Shown in pieces: positions 30,359 to 39,393 of a DNA stretch of 57,407 bases. Source of the DNA: Thermoanaerobaculia bacterium (lineage in GTDB: Bacteria; Acidobacteriota; Thermoanaerobaculia; Gp7-AA8). The DNA is taken from positions 1-57,407 of the forward strand of contig DATLFC010000126.1 in the NCBI GenBank assembly GCA_035525015.1, read 5' to 3'. The notes beneath the pieces are model-generated. The model was not told where the DNA came from. It saw only the letters and a list, made by a program, of their open reading frames with translations, and searched no databases. Each line of letters opens with the position of its first letter. Positions within the stretch are counted from its first letter, which is position 1. The position numbers and the translations under genes were made by a program.

Positions 30359-31704
30359 GGTTTCCGGCTCCCGGCTCCCGGCTCCCGGCTCCCGGGAAGG
30401 TTCCTCACCAGTTCCTCGAAGTGCTTTCCTCTTTCCTCGAAGTTTCTGTACTGGTCGAAGCTGGCGCAGGCGGGGGAGAGGAGCACGGCCTCGCCTTTTT
30501 TCGCGTTCTTCCGCGCCCACTCCACGGCCCGGGCGAGGTCGCCGGCCTGTACGATTTCCGTCGCTCTCTGCAGCGCCTGGGTGATGCGGGGGGCCGCGTC
30601 GCCGATCGTCAGCACGGTCCGCACGCGCGATGACACGAGGTCGCGCATCCGCTCGAAGTCGCCGCCCTTGTCTTTCCCGCCGAGGATGAGAATCACGCTC
30701 TTCGGTTCGAATCCCTCGACCGATTTCGCCGTCGCGTCGACGTTGGTTCCCTTCGAGTCGTTGATCCAGCGGACGCCGCCGAGCTCGCGCGTGAGCGCCA
30801 TGCGATGCGGCAGCCCGGCGAACGTGCCGAAGGCGATCTGCACGTCGAGGTCGTTCACCCCCGCGGCGCGGGCGGCGAGCCACGCCGCGAGCGCGTTCTC
30901 CACGTTCGGCATGCCCTGCAGCTTCAGCGAAGCGCGCGGGATCCGGCGCGTCTCGTCATCCAGCGTCAGGACGAGGTCATCGCCCTCCAGCCATGCGCCC
31001 TTCTCGAGCCGCTGCGACGCGGCGAACTGCCACACCCGCACCGCGCTGTCGCGCATCACGCTCCGCCGCTCCACCGCGTTGACGATGGCGACGTCGCCCG
31101 CCTGCTGGTTCCCGAAGATCCTGTACTTGGCCGCCGCGTAATGATCGAACGTCGCGTAACGGTCCATGTGATCGGGCGTGACGTTGAGGAGCACGGCCAC
31201 GTTGGCCCGGAACGTCTGCACCGTCTCGAGCTGAAAGGAGGAGAGCTCCAGCACGTACTGCCGCGGCTTCTCGAAATCGATGGCGGCGATGAGCGGATCG
31301 CCGATGTTGCCCGCCACGATCGGCTGCCGGCCCGCCACGCGGAGGATCTCGCCGATGAGCGCCGTGGTGGTCGACTTGCCGTTCGATCCGGTCACGGCGA
31401 TGACGTTCCCCTTCAGATGCTGGAACGCGAGCTCGATCTCCCCCACCACCGGGATGGCCCGCGCTCCCGCCTCGGCCAGCAGCGGAATGCCGGCCGGGAC
31501 GCCGGGGCTGAGGATGATGCGGTCGACGTCGTCGAGCAGCGAGGACTCCTGCGGCCCGAACATCTTCACGACGCGGTCATCGACGTCGTACGGCAGCGAG
31601 GGGGAGGAATTGCTGTCGGAGAGGACGACGCTCTCGCCGCGGCCGGCCAGAAAATTGGCCGCCGCCACACCCGACTTCCCCGCACCCACCACCAGATTTT
31701 TCAT
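30355..31704 (-). CDS. murD: UDP-N-acetylmuramoylalanine--D-glutamate ligase
   Basis: VVGAGKSGVAAANFL, GSNGKSTTT. The C-terminal tail NLPGSREPGAGSRKP is encoded by a heptamer array, and the start codon lies inside another array. Confidence 0.93.
   Translation of the reverse strand: MKNLVVGAGKSGVAAANFLAGRGESVVLSDSNSSPSLPYDVDDRVVKMFGPQESSLLDDVDRIILSPGVPAGIPLLAEAGARAIPVVGEIELAFQHLKGNVIAVTGSNGKSTTTALIGEILRVAGRQPIVAGNIGDPLIAAIDFEKPRQYVLELSSFQLETVQTFRANVAVLLNVTPDHMDRYATFDHYAAAKYRIFGNQQAGDVAIVNAVERRSVMRDSAVRVWQFAASQRLEKGAWLEGDDLVLTLDDETRRIPRASLKLQGMPNVENALAAWLAARAAGVNDLDVQIAFGTFAGLPHRMALTRELGGVRWINDSKGTNVDATAKSVEGFEPKSVILILGGKDKGGDFERMRDLVSSRVRTVLTIGDAAPRITQALQRATEIVQAGDLARAVEWARKNAKKGEAVLLSPACASFDQYRNFEERGKHFEELVRNLPGSREPGAGSRKP
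30364..30396. repeat. one-armed heptamer array (CCGGCTC)x4.7 inside the murD 3' end
   Basis: Read directly from the sequence. No inverted partner nearby. Confidence 0.9.
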
Positions 31705-31728
31705 TTTAGATTTTGGATTTTGGATTTG
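31694..31728. repeat. one-armed AT-rich heptamer array (NGATTTT)x5 spanning the murD start codon and the mraY-murD spacer
   Basis: AGATTTT TCATTTT AGATTTT GGATTTT GGATTTG. The murD ATG is the complement of 31702-31704, within unit 2. Confidence 0.85.
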
Positions 31729-31732
31729 CTGC

Positions 31733-32821
31733 TTACCTCAGTTTCAGCGTAGCGAGACTCAACAAAGCGAAGATGATGGCGATGATCCAGAAGCGGACCA
31801 CAACCTTCGTCTCGCGCCAGCCCGACAATTCGAAGTGATGATGCAGCGGCGACATCTTGAAGATGCGCCGCCCGGTCAGCTTGAACGAGGCCACCTGCAG
31901 GATCACCGACAGCGCCTCGACGACGAAGAGGCCGCCGACGAGGACGAGCAGCAGTTCCTGCTTGATCATGACGGCGAGCGTGCCGATGGCCCCGCCGAGA
32001 GCGAGTGAGCCGACGTCGCCCATGAAGATCTCCGCCGGATGGGCGTTGAACCAGAGAAAGCCGAGCGAGGCGCCGACCATCGCTCCGCAGAACACCGCCA
32101 GCTCACCCGTCTGCGGCATCCAGGCGATGTTCAGGTAGTCGGCGATGCGGAAGTTCCCTGCCGCGTACGTCAGCACGGTGTACGTTCCGGCGGCGATGAG
32201 CGTCGTGCCGATGGCCAGACCGTCGAGCCCGTCGGTCAGGTTCACGGCGTTCGACGCCCCGACGATGATCACCATGACGAAGAGGATGTAGACGGGACCG
32301 AGGTCGAGGACGAGGTCCTTGATGAACGGGAAGGTGATGACCGTCGAGTAGTTGTTGTGGATGCTCGGCAGGTAGGCGATGGCCAGACCGGCCAGGAGGG
32401 CCACGCCGAACTGCGCGCTGAACTTCTCCTTCGCCGTGAGGCCGAGGTTCTGCTTCCTGGCCAGCTTGCGGTAGTCGTCGACGAAGCCGATCACGCCGTA
32501 CGCGAACGTCACGAAGAGAACGATCCAGATGTACGGGTTGAAGATGTCGGCCCAGAGGATCGTCGGGATGAGGATGGCCACGTTGATGAGGATGCCGCCC
32601 ATGGTCGGCGTCCCGGCCTTCTGCTGATGCGACCGCGGGCCTTCTTCGCGGATGTACTGGCCGATCTTGATCCGGCGCATCCGCTCGATCAGCCACGGCC
32701 CGAGGATGAACGAGATCATCAGCGCGGTCAGCGCGGCGAACGCGGTGCGGAAGGTGATGTAGCGGAAGACGTTGAAGCCGAAGACCACGTCGCGCAGGGG
32801 GTAGAGGAGGTGGTAGAGCAT
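31733..32821 (-). CDS. mraY: phospho-N-acetylmuramoyl-pentapeptide transferase
   Basis: [36 protein letters not shown]. Its start overlaps the murF stop by 1 nt (TAATG). Confidence 0.95.
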   Translation of the reverse strand: MLYHLLYPLRDVVFGFNVFRYITFRTAFAALTALMISFILGPWLIERMRRIKIGQYIREEGPRSHQQKAGTPTMGGILINVAILIPTILWADIFNPYIWIVLFVTFAYGVIGFVDDYRKLARKQNLGLTAKEKFSAQFGVALLAGLAIAYLPSIHNNYSTVITFPFIKDLVLDLGPVYILFVMVIIVGASNAVNLTDGLDGLAIGTTLIAAGTYTVLTYAAGNFRIADYLNIAWMPQTGELAVFCGAMVGASLGFLWFNAHPAEIFMGDVGSLALGGAIGTLAVMIKQELLLVLVGGLFVVEALSVILQVASFKLTGRRIFKMSPLHHHFELSGWRETKVVVRFWIIAIIFALLSLATLKLR

Positions 32822-34224
32822 TACGACCGCCCTCCCGACGCGTTGGTCGTTGGTCGTTGTTCGTTGGTCGTGAGTGAGGTCACGATCTTGTCGAGGCCGA
32901 TGCCGCGGGAGGCTTTGATGAGGATGAGATCTCCTTCGCGGATGAAATCGCGGAGAAAATCGCCGGCTGCCGCGGCGTCGTCGAAGTGGTGCAGCGTCTT
33001 GTGGCCTGCTTCGCGCGCGCCGTCGAGCAGCGCCGCGGAACGTTTGCCGACGCCGATCACGGCATCGATCTCCTTCGGAACGGCGCGGCCGGCGTCACGG
33101 TGATAGTCGAGCTCCTTCTCGCCGAGCTCGAGCATGTCGCCGATCACGGCGATGCGTCTTCCCTGCACGTCGGCCTGCGTCATCAGCTCGAGAGTCTTCG
33201 TCAGCGCGTACGGGTTGGAATTGTAGGTGTCATCGTAGATCGTGGCGCCCCGCCAGGGAATGATGACGCCGCGGTGATAGGCGGGCTGGATGTCGCGCAC
33301 GCCGCGCTCGATGCCTTCCCACGAGGTGCCGATGGCGCGGTTCGTGGCGATGGCCGCGAGCAGGTTCTCGAGATTGTGCCGTCCCGGAAGCGACAGCTCC
33401 ATCTCGCGCCGCGCTCCCTCGGCCTCGAGCGTGAAGCGTGTGCCCAGAAGACCACGCTCCCGCACCTCGACCGCCCGATATTCCGCGGGGCGCTCGACGC
33501 CGTATGTCTTCTTCGGGCCGCGATGGTCGCTGCTGATGTTCACGACGTGATCGTCGTCGGCGTTGACGATGACCGTTCCGCCGTCACGCAGATTCTCCAG
33601 CAGCTCCCGCTTCGCCTCGGCGATCTTCTCGACCGTCCCGAAGAACTCGATGTGCACCGGGGCGATGTTCGTGTAGACGCCGACATCGGGGCGCGTCAGC
33701 CCCGCCAGCTGCGCGATCTCTCCCTTGTGATTCATCCCCATCTCGGAGACGACCACTTCCGCGTCGTCGGGCGTGTTGTCGATGCAGAGCGGGCAGCCGA
33801 TGAGATTGTTGAAGTTGCCCCACGACTTGAAGGTGCGCCGCTCGGTCGCCGCAAGCGTGGCGATCATCTCCTTGGTCGTGGTCTTGCCGGCCGACCCGGT
33901 GATGCCGATCAGCGTGAAGTCCATCCGCCGGCGGATGGCGCGCGCCAGCATCTGCAGGGCCACGGTCGTGTCGCCGACGCGGACGATCCCTTTCCCTGCC
34001 GGCACATCGCCGGGAACCACGGAAACGACCGCACCGCGCGCGGTCTCCAGTGCCTGCGGAAGGAACTGGTGCCCGTCGAGCCGCTCTCCCCTGATGGCGA
34101 AGAAGACCGAATCAGGCTTGACCTCGCGGCTGTCGATCACGACCGAGTGCGTGACGACGTCGCCCCCCTGGATGACCTGCCCGCCGGTCATGTTGGCGAG
34201 CTCCTGGAAGGTCAGCGTGGGCAT
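32821..34224 (-). CDS. murF: UDP-MurNAc-tripeptide--D-alanyl-D-alanine ligase
   Basis: [14 protein letters not shown], Mur ligase domains. The C-terminal tail [19 protein letters not shown] is encoded by a heptamer array. Confidence 0.93.
   Translation of the reverse strand: MPTLTFQELANMTGGQVIQGGDVVTHSVVIDSREVKPDSVFFAIRGERLDGHQFLPQALETARGAVVSVVPGDVPAGKGIVRVGDTTVALQMLARAIRRRMDFTLIGITGSAGKTTTKEMIATLAATERRTFKSWGNFNNLIGCPLCIDNTPDDAEVVVSEMGMNHKGEIAQLAGLTRPDVGVYTNIAPVHIEFFGTVEKIAEAKRELLENLRDGGTVIVNADDDHVVNISSDHRGPKKTYGVERPAEYRAVEVRERGLLGTRFTLEAEGARREMELSLPGRHNLENLLAAIATNRAIGTSWEGIERGVRDIQPAYHRGVIIPWRGATIYDDTYNSNPYALTKTLELMTQADVQGRRIAVIGDMLELGEKELDYHRDAGRAVPKEIDAVIGVGKRSAALLDGAREAGHKTLHHFDDAAAAGDFLRDFIREGDLILIKASRGIGLDKIVTSLTTNEQRPTTNASGGRS
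32842..32869. repeat. one-armed heptamer array GTTGGTC GTTGGTC GTTGTTC GTTGGTC inside the murF 3' end
   Basis: Read directly from the sequence. Confidence 0.9.
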
Positions 34225-34243
34225 GACGCCCTCCCACCCGACC

Positions 34244-34270
34244 GGGCCTCAGGCCTCGGGCCCGAGGCCC
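34244..34270. repeat. short heptamer palindrome GGGCCTC AGGCCTC GGG/CCC GAGGCCC
   Basis: GGCCTCGGGCCCGAGGCC is an 18-nt perfect palindrome (34252-34269), 20 nt upstream of the murF ATG. Confidence 0.85.
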
Positions 34271-34463
34271 ATGATGTTGCCTTCCGGCTCCGCCGCGTTT
34301 CTTCCCCGGCAATCGTCCCCTTCCCCCACGAAGACTGCCCGACGATCACCATCCACGCACCCACGCCGAAACCGACCGGCGGAGCCGGAACGCAACACCT
34401 GTTTAGACGGCAGAAAGAATATGACGATTTCATGACTAATTACAAGAAGATTTTCGTGTCAAT

Positions 34464-35951
34464 TCAACCAACTTTCGAAGCTAATTTATCAATCCGCTTT
34501 TTCAGGGCGGACTCGGCTTCTTCCCGATCGTCGAAATGGATCACCTGATCGCCCACCACCTGGTAGGTCTCATGCCCCTTCCCGGCGATGACGATGACGT
34601 CGTCGCCGGCGGCCTCGGCGATGGCCGAGGCGATGGCCTGCCGCCGGTCGGCGATGCGGGCGTACTTCGTCTCCGGCACGTCGCCCATGCCGGCTTCGAT
34701 CTCGTCGAGAATCGACTCCGGCTTCTCGCTTCTCGGGTTGTCGCTGGTCAGGACGGTGTAGTCGGCCAGGCGCCCGGCAATGGCTCCCATCTCCGGACGT
34801 TTGCCCTTGTCGCGATCGCCGCCGCACCCCATCAGCAGGACCATCCGCCGCCCGGGCGCCATGTCGCGCACCGCCCGCAGGAGTTTCTCCAGGGCGTCGG
34901 GCTTGTGCGCGTAGTCGACGATCACGGTCGGCCCGCCGGCGGAAGGAACCCGTTCGAAGCGGCCGCGCACGCTCTGCAGCTTCCGGATGCCTTCTTCGAT
35001 CGTCGCCCGCGGAATGCCGACCGTGACCGCCGCGCCGATCGCGGCGAGCCAGTTGTAGAGGTTCGGCTGTCCCAGCAGGATCGACTCCAGACGGAGCGAG
35101 CCGGCCGGCGTGATCACCGTGCCGCGCAGGCCGTCGACGGAGATCTCGAAGTCTTCGGCAGGACGGACGTCGGCTTCCGGCGCGCGGCCGAACGTCAGCA
35201 CCGCGTCCCCGAGCTCGGCGGCCAGACGGCGTCCGTACTCGTCGTCGATGTTGACGATGGCGCTGCGGCGGCCGCGGTCGATCTGATCGAAGAGGATCCG
35301 TTTGGCGGCGAAGTAATCGTCGAAGTCCCTGTGAAAGTCGAAGTGATCGCGGGAGAGGTTCGTGAAGACGGCGGCGGCGAATCGAATGCCGTGCGTCCGT
35401 TTCAGCGCCAGCGCGTGCGATGAGACTTCCATCACCGCATTGTGGACGCCGGCGTCGCGCATCTTCGCGAACCACTGCTGGAGGACCACCGCGTCCGGGG
35501 TCGTCCGATCGGCCACCAGCCGCTCGCTTCCGGCGCGGTATTCGATCGTCCCGATCAGCCCCACCGGTTCCCCGCTCGCATCGAAGACCGACTCGATCAT
35601 CCGCGTCGTCGTCGTCTTCCCGGAGGTTCCGGTGACGCCGACCAGAGCCAGCGAATCAGCCGGCCGCCCGTAAAAGTTCGCCGCCAGCAGCGCCACCGCG
35701 GCCCGAGCGTCGTCGACCTCGATCACTACAATGTCATTCCGAGCGGAGCGAGGAATGACCACCGCCGCGGCCCCCTTCTCCATCGCCTGCGGGACGTACT
35801 GCGCTCCATCCTGCTGCGTCCCCGGGATGGCGACGAACAGCGATCCTTTCCGCACCAGGCGCGAATCGGGGGTGACTCCGCTGATCTCGACGTCGGTCGA
35901 GCCGTGGACCGCCACGACCGGCACGCCGTCGAGAAGCTCGCGCAGCTTCAT
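34464..35951 (-). CDS. murE: UDP-MurNAc-L-Ala-D-Glu--2,6-diaminopimelate ligase
   Basis: Start set at ATG 35951 (MKLRELLDGV...), ATGA overlap with the ftsI stop. GVTGTSGKTTTT, DNPRSE motif. The tail KKRIDKLASKVG runs into an AT-rich island. Confidence 0.93.
   Translation of the reverse strand: MKLRELLDGVPVVAVHGSTDVEISGVTPDSRLVRKGSLFVAIPGTQQDGAQYVPQAMEKGAAAVVIPRSARNDIVVIEVDDARAAVALLAANFYGRPADSLALVGVTGTSGKTTTTRMIESVFDASGEPVGLIGTIEYRAGSERLVADRTTPDAVVLQQWFAKMRDAGVHNAVMEVSSHALALKRTHGIRFAAAVFTNLSRDHFDFHRDFDDYFAAKRILFDQIDRGRRSAIVNIDDEYGRRLAAELGDAVLTFGRAPEADVRPAEDFEISVDGLRGTVITPAGSLRLESILLGQPNLYNWLAAIGAAVTVGIPRATIEEGIRKLQSVRGRFERVPSAGGPTVIVDYAHKPDALEKLLRAVRDMAPGRRMVLLMGCGGDRDKGKRPEMGAIAGRLADYTVLTSDNPRSEKPESILDEIEAGMGDVPETKYARIADRRQAIASAIAEAAGDDVIVIAGKGHETYQVVGDQVIHFDDREEAESALKKRIDKLASKVG
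35733..35759. repeat. REP-like palindromic unit GTCATTCCGAGCGGAGCGAGGAATGAC, in frame within murE
   Basis: Read directly from the sequence. Translated on the minus strand as VIPRSARND. Confidence 0.9.
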
Positions 35952-37882
35952 CGAGACGCCTCCGCGAGCACGAGCGCGATGCGCCGATTCTCCGGCAGAG
36001 CTTCGCCGGGCCATGGCTGTTGTGATTTGACCACTCCGCTTCCGACCGCCTCGACGAGCAGGCCGCCGGCCGTCGCGACGGCGACAGCCGCGCGGGCGTC
36101 CAGCCCCCGGAGATCGGGGACCACTGCCCGGTCGGCTGGCCGAGGGCGTTGCGAAAACGCCGCCAGCGCATACCCGTCAATGCCGATCGTTCTCTGCGGC
36201 ATCGACGGTGGCACTCTCAGGTAGCGGAGCGTCGCCCGCGCGATCTCCCGGAACACCGGCGCGGCGATCTTCCCGCCCGACTGTTCGAAGCGAGGCTCGT
36301 CGATCGCGACCAGGATGATCAGCCGCGGCCGGTCTGCCGGGACGTAGCCGGCGAACGAGGCCAGCACGCGGTCGGGCGAGTAGCCGCCGCGCACCGCCTT
36401 CTGTGCCGTGCCGGTCTTCCCGGCCACGACGTGCTCGGCCAGTGCCCCCTCCATGCCCGTGCCGTACGCGACGACACCCTTGAGCATCTCATTCAGCACC
36501 GCGGCCGTACGCTCCGAGATGACGCGCACCGGCTCCGGCCGCTCCGGCTCATGGATCGTCTCCCCTTCGCCGTCCACGACGCGCTGCACGATCCGCGGCT
36601 CGACCCGGACTCCGCCGTTGGCGATCGCCGAGATGGCGCGCAGGACCTGCAGCGTGGTCGCGCCCACTTCCTGCCCGATGGCGATGCTGGCGCTGGAGAT
36701 CTGGCTCCAGCGCGTGGTCTGACGCAGCAGTCCGATGGCCTCGCCCGGCAGCTGGACGCCGGTCCGCTCGCCGAATCCGAACCGCCGGATGTAGTTGTAG
36801 AAGCGGCGGTCGCCGAGCTCGAGCGCCACGCGGATGATGCCGACGTTCGACGAGTGCGCCATCACGTCGGTGAAAGACAGGAGTCCGAAACGCTTGCCGC
36901 CGTGCTCGCGGATGTCGACGTTCGCGACCCGGATGGCTCCTTCTCCGCAGTCGACGATCTGCGACGGCGTGACGATCCCCTCTTCCAGTCCCGCGGCCGC
37001 GGCGACGATCTTGAACGTCGATCCCGGCTCGTAGATGTCCTGCACGTTGCGGTTGCGCCAGGCCGAGGAGGGGAAGTCGGCGAACCGGTTGGGGTCGAAG
37101 GTCGGCACGGAGGCCATGGCCAGGATGTCGCCGCTCTGCGCGTCCATGACGATGGCCGCGCCGCCCGCGGCGCGATAGCGCTCCACCGCTGCGTTGAGCG
37201 CCTTCTCGGCGATGAACTGCACGACCGAATCGATCGTCAGGACGAGGTCGTGGCCGTCGACGGGACGGTTCGCCCCTTCGCCGCCGACGAGATAGACGCC
37301 GCGACGGGCGTCCTTGAGCACGGTGACCTTTCCGGGACGGCCGCGCACCCAGGAGTCGAAGGAGTGCTCGATCCCGGCCAGCCCGCCGCCGTCGACGCCG
37401 ACGTAACCGATCACGTTGGCGGCCAGCGATCCGCGCGGATAAGCGCGACGGTGCTCCTCGATGAAATCGATCCCGGGCAACGCCAGCTTGCGCACCGTCG
37501 CGGTGATCTCGACCGGCACCTGCCGTGCGATCCAGACGAATCCGGCGTCGCTGCGCAGCCTGGCCTCGATATCGGAAGCCTTGAGACGGAGGCCGGGAAT
37601 GCCGGCCAGCTTCTTCGCCGTCGCGGCGCGATCGACGACGGCCTGAGGATCGGCGTAGATCGACTCCGCCGCCACACTCTCCGCGAGCACGCGGCCGGCG
37701 CGGTCGAGGATCGAGCCGCGCACCGGGTTCAGCGCCAGCGTCCGCTCCTGCTGCCGCAGCGCCCGGTTCGTGTAGTGCTCCGTCTGCGCCAGCTGGATCT
37801 GAGCGAGGCGGGCGATGACGATGACCATCCAGGTCATCAGTCCCGCGCAGATCAGGAGCACTCGGCGGCGGGAGACGCTCAT
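35948..37882 (-). CDS. ftsI: penicillin-binding protein 3 / FtsI (divisome transpeptidase)
   Basis: N-terminal TM segment, PBP dimerisation domain, EPGSTFK (SxxK), SSN, KTGTA. Confidence 0.92.
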   Translation of the reverse strand: MSVSRRRVLLICAGLMTWMVIVIARLAQIQLAQTEHYTNRALRQQERTLALNPVRGSILDRAGRVLAESVAAESIYADPQAVVDRAATAKKLAGIPGLRLKASDIEARLRSDAGFVWIARQVPVEITATVRKLALPGIDFIEEHRRAYPRGSLAANVIGYVGVDGGGLAGIEHSFDSWVRGRPGKVTVLKDARRGVYLVGGEGANRPVDGHDLVLTIDSVVQFIAEKALNAAVERYRAAGGAAIVMDAQSGDILAMASVPTFDPNRFADFPSSAWRNRNVQDIYEPGSTFKIVAAAAGLEEGIVTPSQIVDCGEGAIRVANVDIREHGGKRFGLLSFTDVMAHSSNVGIIRVALELGDRRFYNYIRRFGFGERTGVQLPGEAIGLLRQTTRWSQISSASIAIGQEVGATTLQVLRAISAIANGGVRVEPRIVQRVVDGEGETIHEPERPEPVRVISERTAAVLNEMLKGVVAYGTGMEGALAEHVVAGKTGTAQKAVRGGYSPDRVLASFAGYVPADRPRLIILVAIDEPRFEQSGGKIAAPVFREIARATLRYLRVPPSMPQRTIGIDGYALAAFSQRPRPADRAVVPDLRGLDARAAVAVATAGGLLVEAVGSGVVKSQQPWPGEALPENRRIALVLAEASR

Positions 37883-38229
37883 CGCCCCTCCTTCTTTTCC
37901 GCGAGCGCCTTCACGGTGACGATCGCCGGCGGCGGAGTCGGACGGAGGCCGAGCTTCGGGGCCTGCTTCTCCACCGCTTCGAGCGCGGTGAGGCGGTCGA
38001 GCTCGAACTGGAGGCGCTTGTTGTCTTCGCCCAGCTGTTTGCGGGCGTTCTGAAGCCGCGTCACCTCACGGCCGAGACGGATGACTTCGAGGTTCTGCCA
38101 GGTGAAGAGAAGGAGGAACAGACCGATCGGAAGGCCGAGGGCGAGGATGGCCAGCAGCTCACGAAACCGGCGGCGATCCCTCTCCCGGACGATGTGGGCA
38201 TTCTCGATCGGTTTCTTCTGCGTGTACAT
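37879..38229 (-). CDS. ftsL: cell division protein FtsL-like
   Basis: 116 aa, single TM segment LLAILALGLPIGLFLLLF followed by a coiled coil. ATGA overlap with the ftsI start. Canonical position. Confidence 0.8.
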   Translation of the reverse strand: MYTQKKPIENAHIVRERDRRRFRELLAILALGLPIGLFLLLFTWQNLEVIRLGREVTRLQNARKQLGEDNKRLQFELDRLTALEAVEKQAPKLGLRPTPPPAIVTVKALAEKKEGR

Positions 38230-38397
38230 GACGGACTGGCGCGAAGCCGGAAAACAAGGGTGAAGATCTGCCTACAAGTACGGCACGAGGAACCATCCAC
38301 ACACGCCCACGCTCCACGCTCCACCCCTCCCGAGCTCCCGTCACCGCACACACACCCGACCCTTCCCCAACCTTCACCCTTGCTTCCGGGCTCCGCA

Positions 38398-39375
38398 CTA
38401 CAACTTCTCTGCGACCCGCAGCTTCGCGCTGCGCGACCGCGGATTCCCTGCGATCTCTTCCTCCGAAGCAGTCACCGGCCTGCCGGTGAGCACGCTCACG
38501 ATCGCCCTCGCCCCGCACCCGCACACCGGCATTCCCGGCGGGCAGGTGCACTCCCCTTCGAGACGGCGGAAGGCCTGTTTGACGATCCGATCCTCGAGCG
38601 AATGAAACGAGATGACGGCGATGCGCGCCCCCTGCTCCAGGACGCTCACGGCGTCGTCGACGAACCGGTCGAGGCCGGCCAGCTCCTCGTTCACGGCGAT
38701 GCGAAGCGCCTGAAACGTGAGCGTGGAAGGATCGATGTCTCCCTTCCTGCCGCGCTTGACGGAACGAATCACGTCCGCCAGTTGCAACGTCGTCTCGATC
38801 GGCGCCTCCTCGCGTGCGGTGACGATGGCACGTGCGATCCGTCGCGCCATCGGCTCCTCGCCGTACTGGCGAAGAATCCGCGCCAGCTCCCGCTCGTCGA
38901 TCGACGCCACCAGATCGGCCGCCGACGGACCTTCGCCCCCCATCCGCATATCGAGCGGAGCATCGTGACGGAATGAAAATCCGCGCCGCGCGTCGTCGAG
39001 CTGCATGGAGGAAACGCCGAGGTCGGCCAGAATCCCGCTGATCGCGTCGATTCCGTGCTGCTTCAGAATGTCAATGAGCGCTTCGTGACGTCCCCTTGCG
39101 AACGTCACCCGTTCGCCGAACGGCCGCAGCCGTTCGCGCGACTTCTCGAGCGCCTCCGCGTCGCGGTCGATCGCCAGGATGCGGAGCCGCGGATGCTTCC
39201 GCAGCAGCGCCTCCGAGTGACCGCCGAGTCCCACCGTCGCGTCGACGATCGTGCCGTCGCCGCGCGATGGGCGGAGGGATTCGAGAATCTCTTGTAAAAG
39301 AACAGGCTCGTGAACCGAACGTTGGTCGTTGGTCGTTGGTCGTTGGTCGTTTCCCACGACTACGACCAACGACAA
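38398..39375 (-). CDS. rsmH: 16S rRNA (cytosine1402-N4)-methyltransferase
   Basis: HEPVLLQEILESL...DATVGLGGHSEALL...FHSLEDRIVK. There is no ATG/GTG/TTG between the conserved HEPVLL and the hairpin, so the start (TTG 39375 or GTG 39357) lies inside the heptamer hairpin. Confidence 0.9.
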   Translation of the reverse strand: MSLVVVVGNDQRPTTNDQRSVHEPVLLQEILESLRPSRGDGTIVDATVGLGGHSEALLRKHPRLRILAIDRDAEALEKSRERLRPFGERVTFARGRHEALIDILKQHGIDAISGILADLGVSSMQLDDARRGFSFRHDAPLDMRMGGEGPSAADLVASIDERELARILRQYGEEPMARRIARAIVTAREEAPIETTLQLADVIRSVKRGRKGDIDPSTLTFQALRIAVNEELAGLDRFVDDAVSVLEQGARIAVISFHSLEDRIVKQAFRRLEGECTCPPGMPVCGCGARAIVSVLTGRPVTASEEEIAGNPRSRSAKLRVAEKL

Positions 39376-39391
39376 ACGACCAACGACAAAC
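39321..39391. repeat. inverted heptamer-array hairpin: (GTTGGTC)x4 / (GACCAAC GACAAAC)x2
   Basis: Read directly from the sequence. It occupies the mraZ-rsmH junction. Confidence 0.95.
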
Positions 39392-39393
39392 TC

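Noticed and set aside
34212-34433. 73-aa minus-strand ORF in the murE-murF spacer as a possible small protein
   Set aside because: Poor composition (Cys/Arg/Gly/Trp-rich). It overlaps the murF start in another frame and has no RBS. The spacer is better explained as non-coding structure.
34435-34462. Perfect TTGACA -35 hexamer right after the murE stop as an internal promoter
   Set aside because: Not called as a feature because no acceptable -10 hexamer lies at 16-18 nt (best is ATTAGT). It is kept only as a note within the spacer finding.
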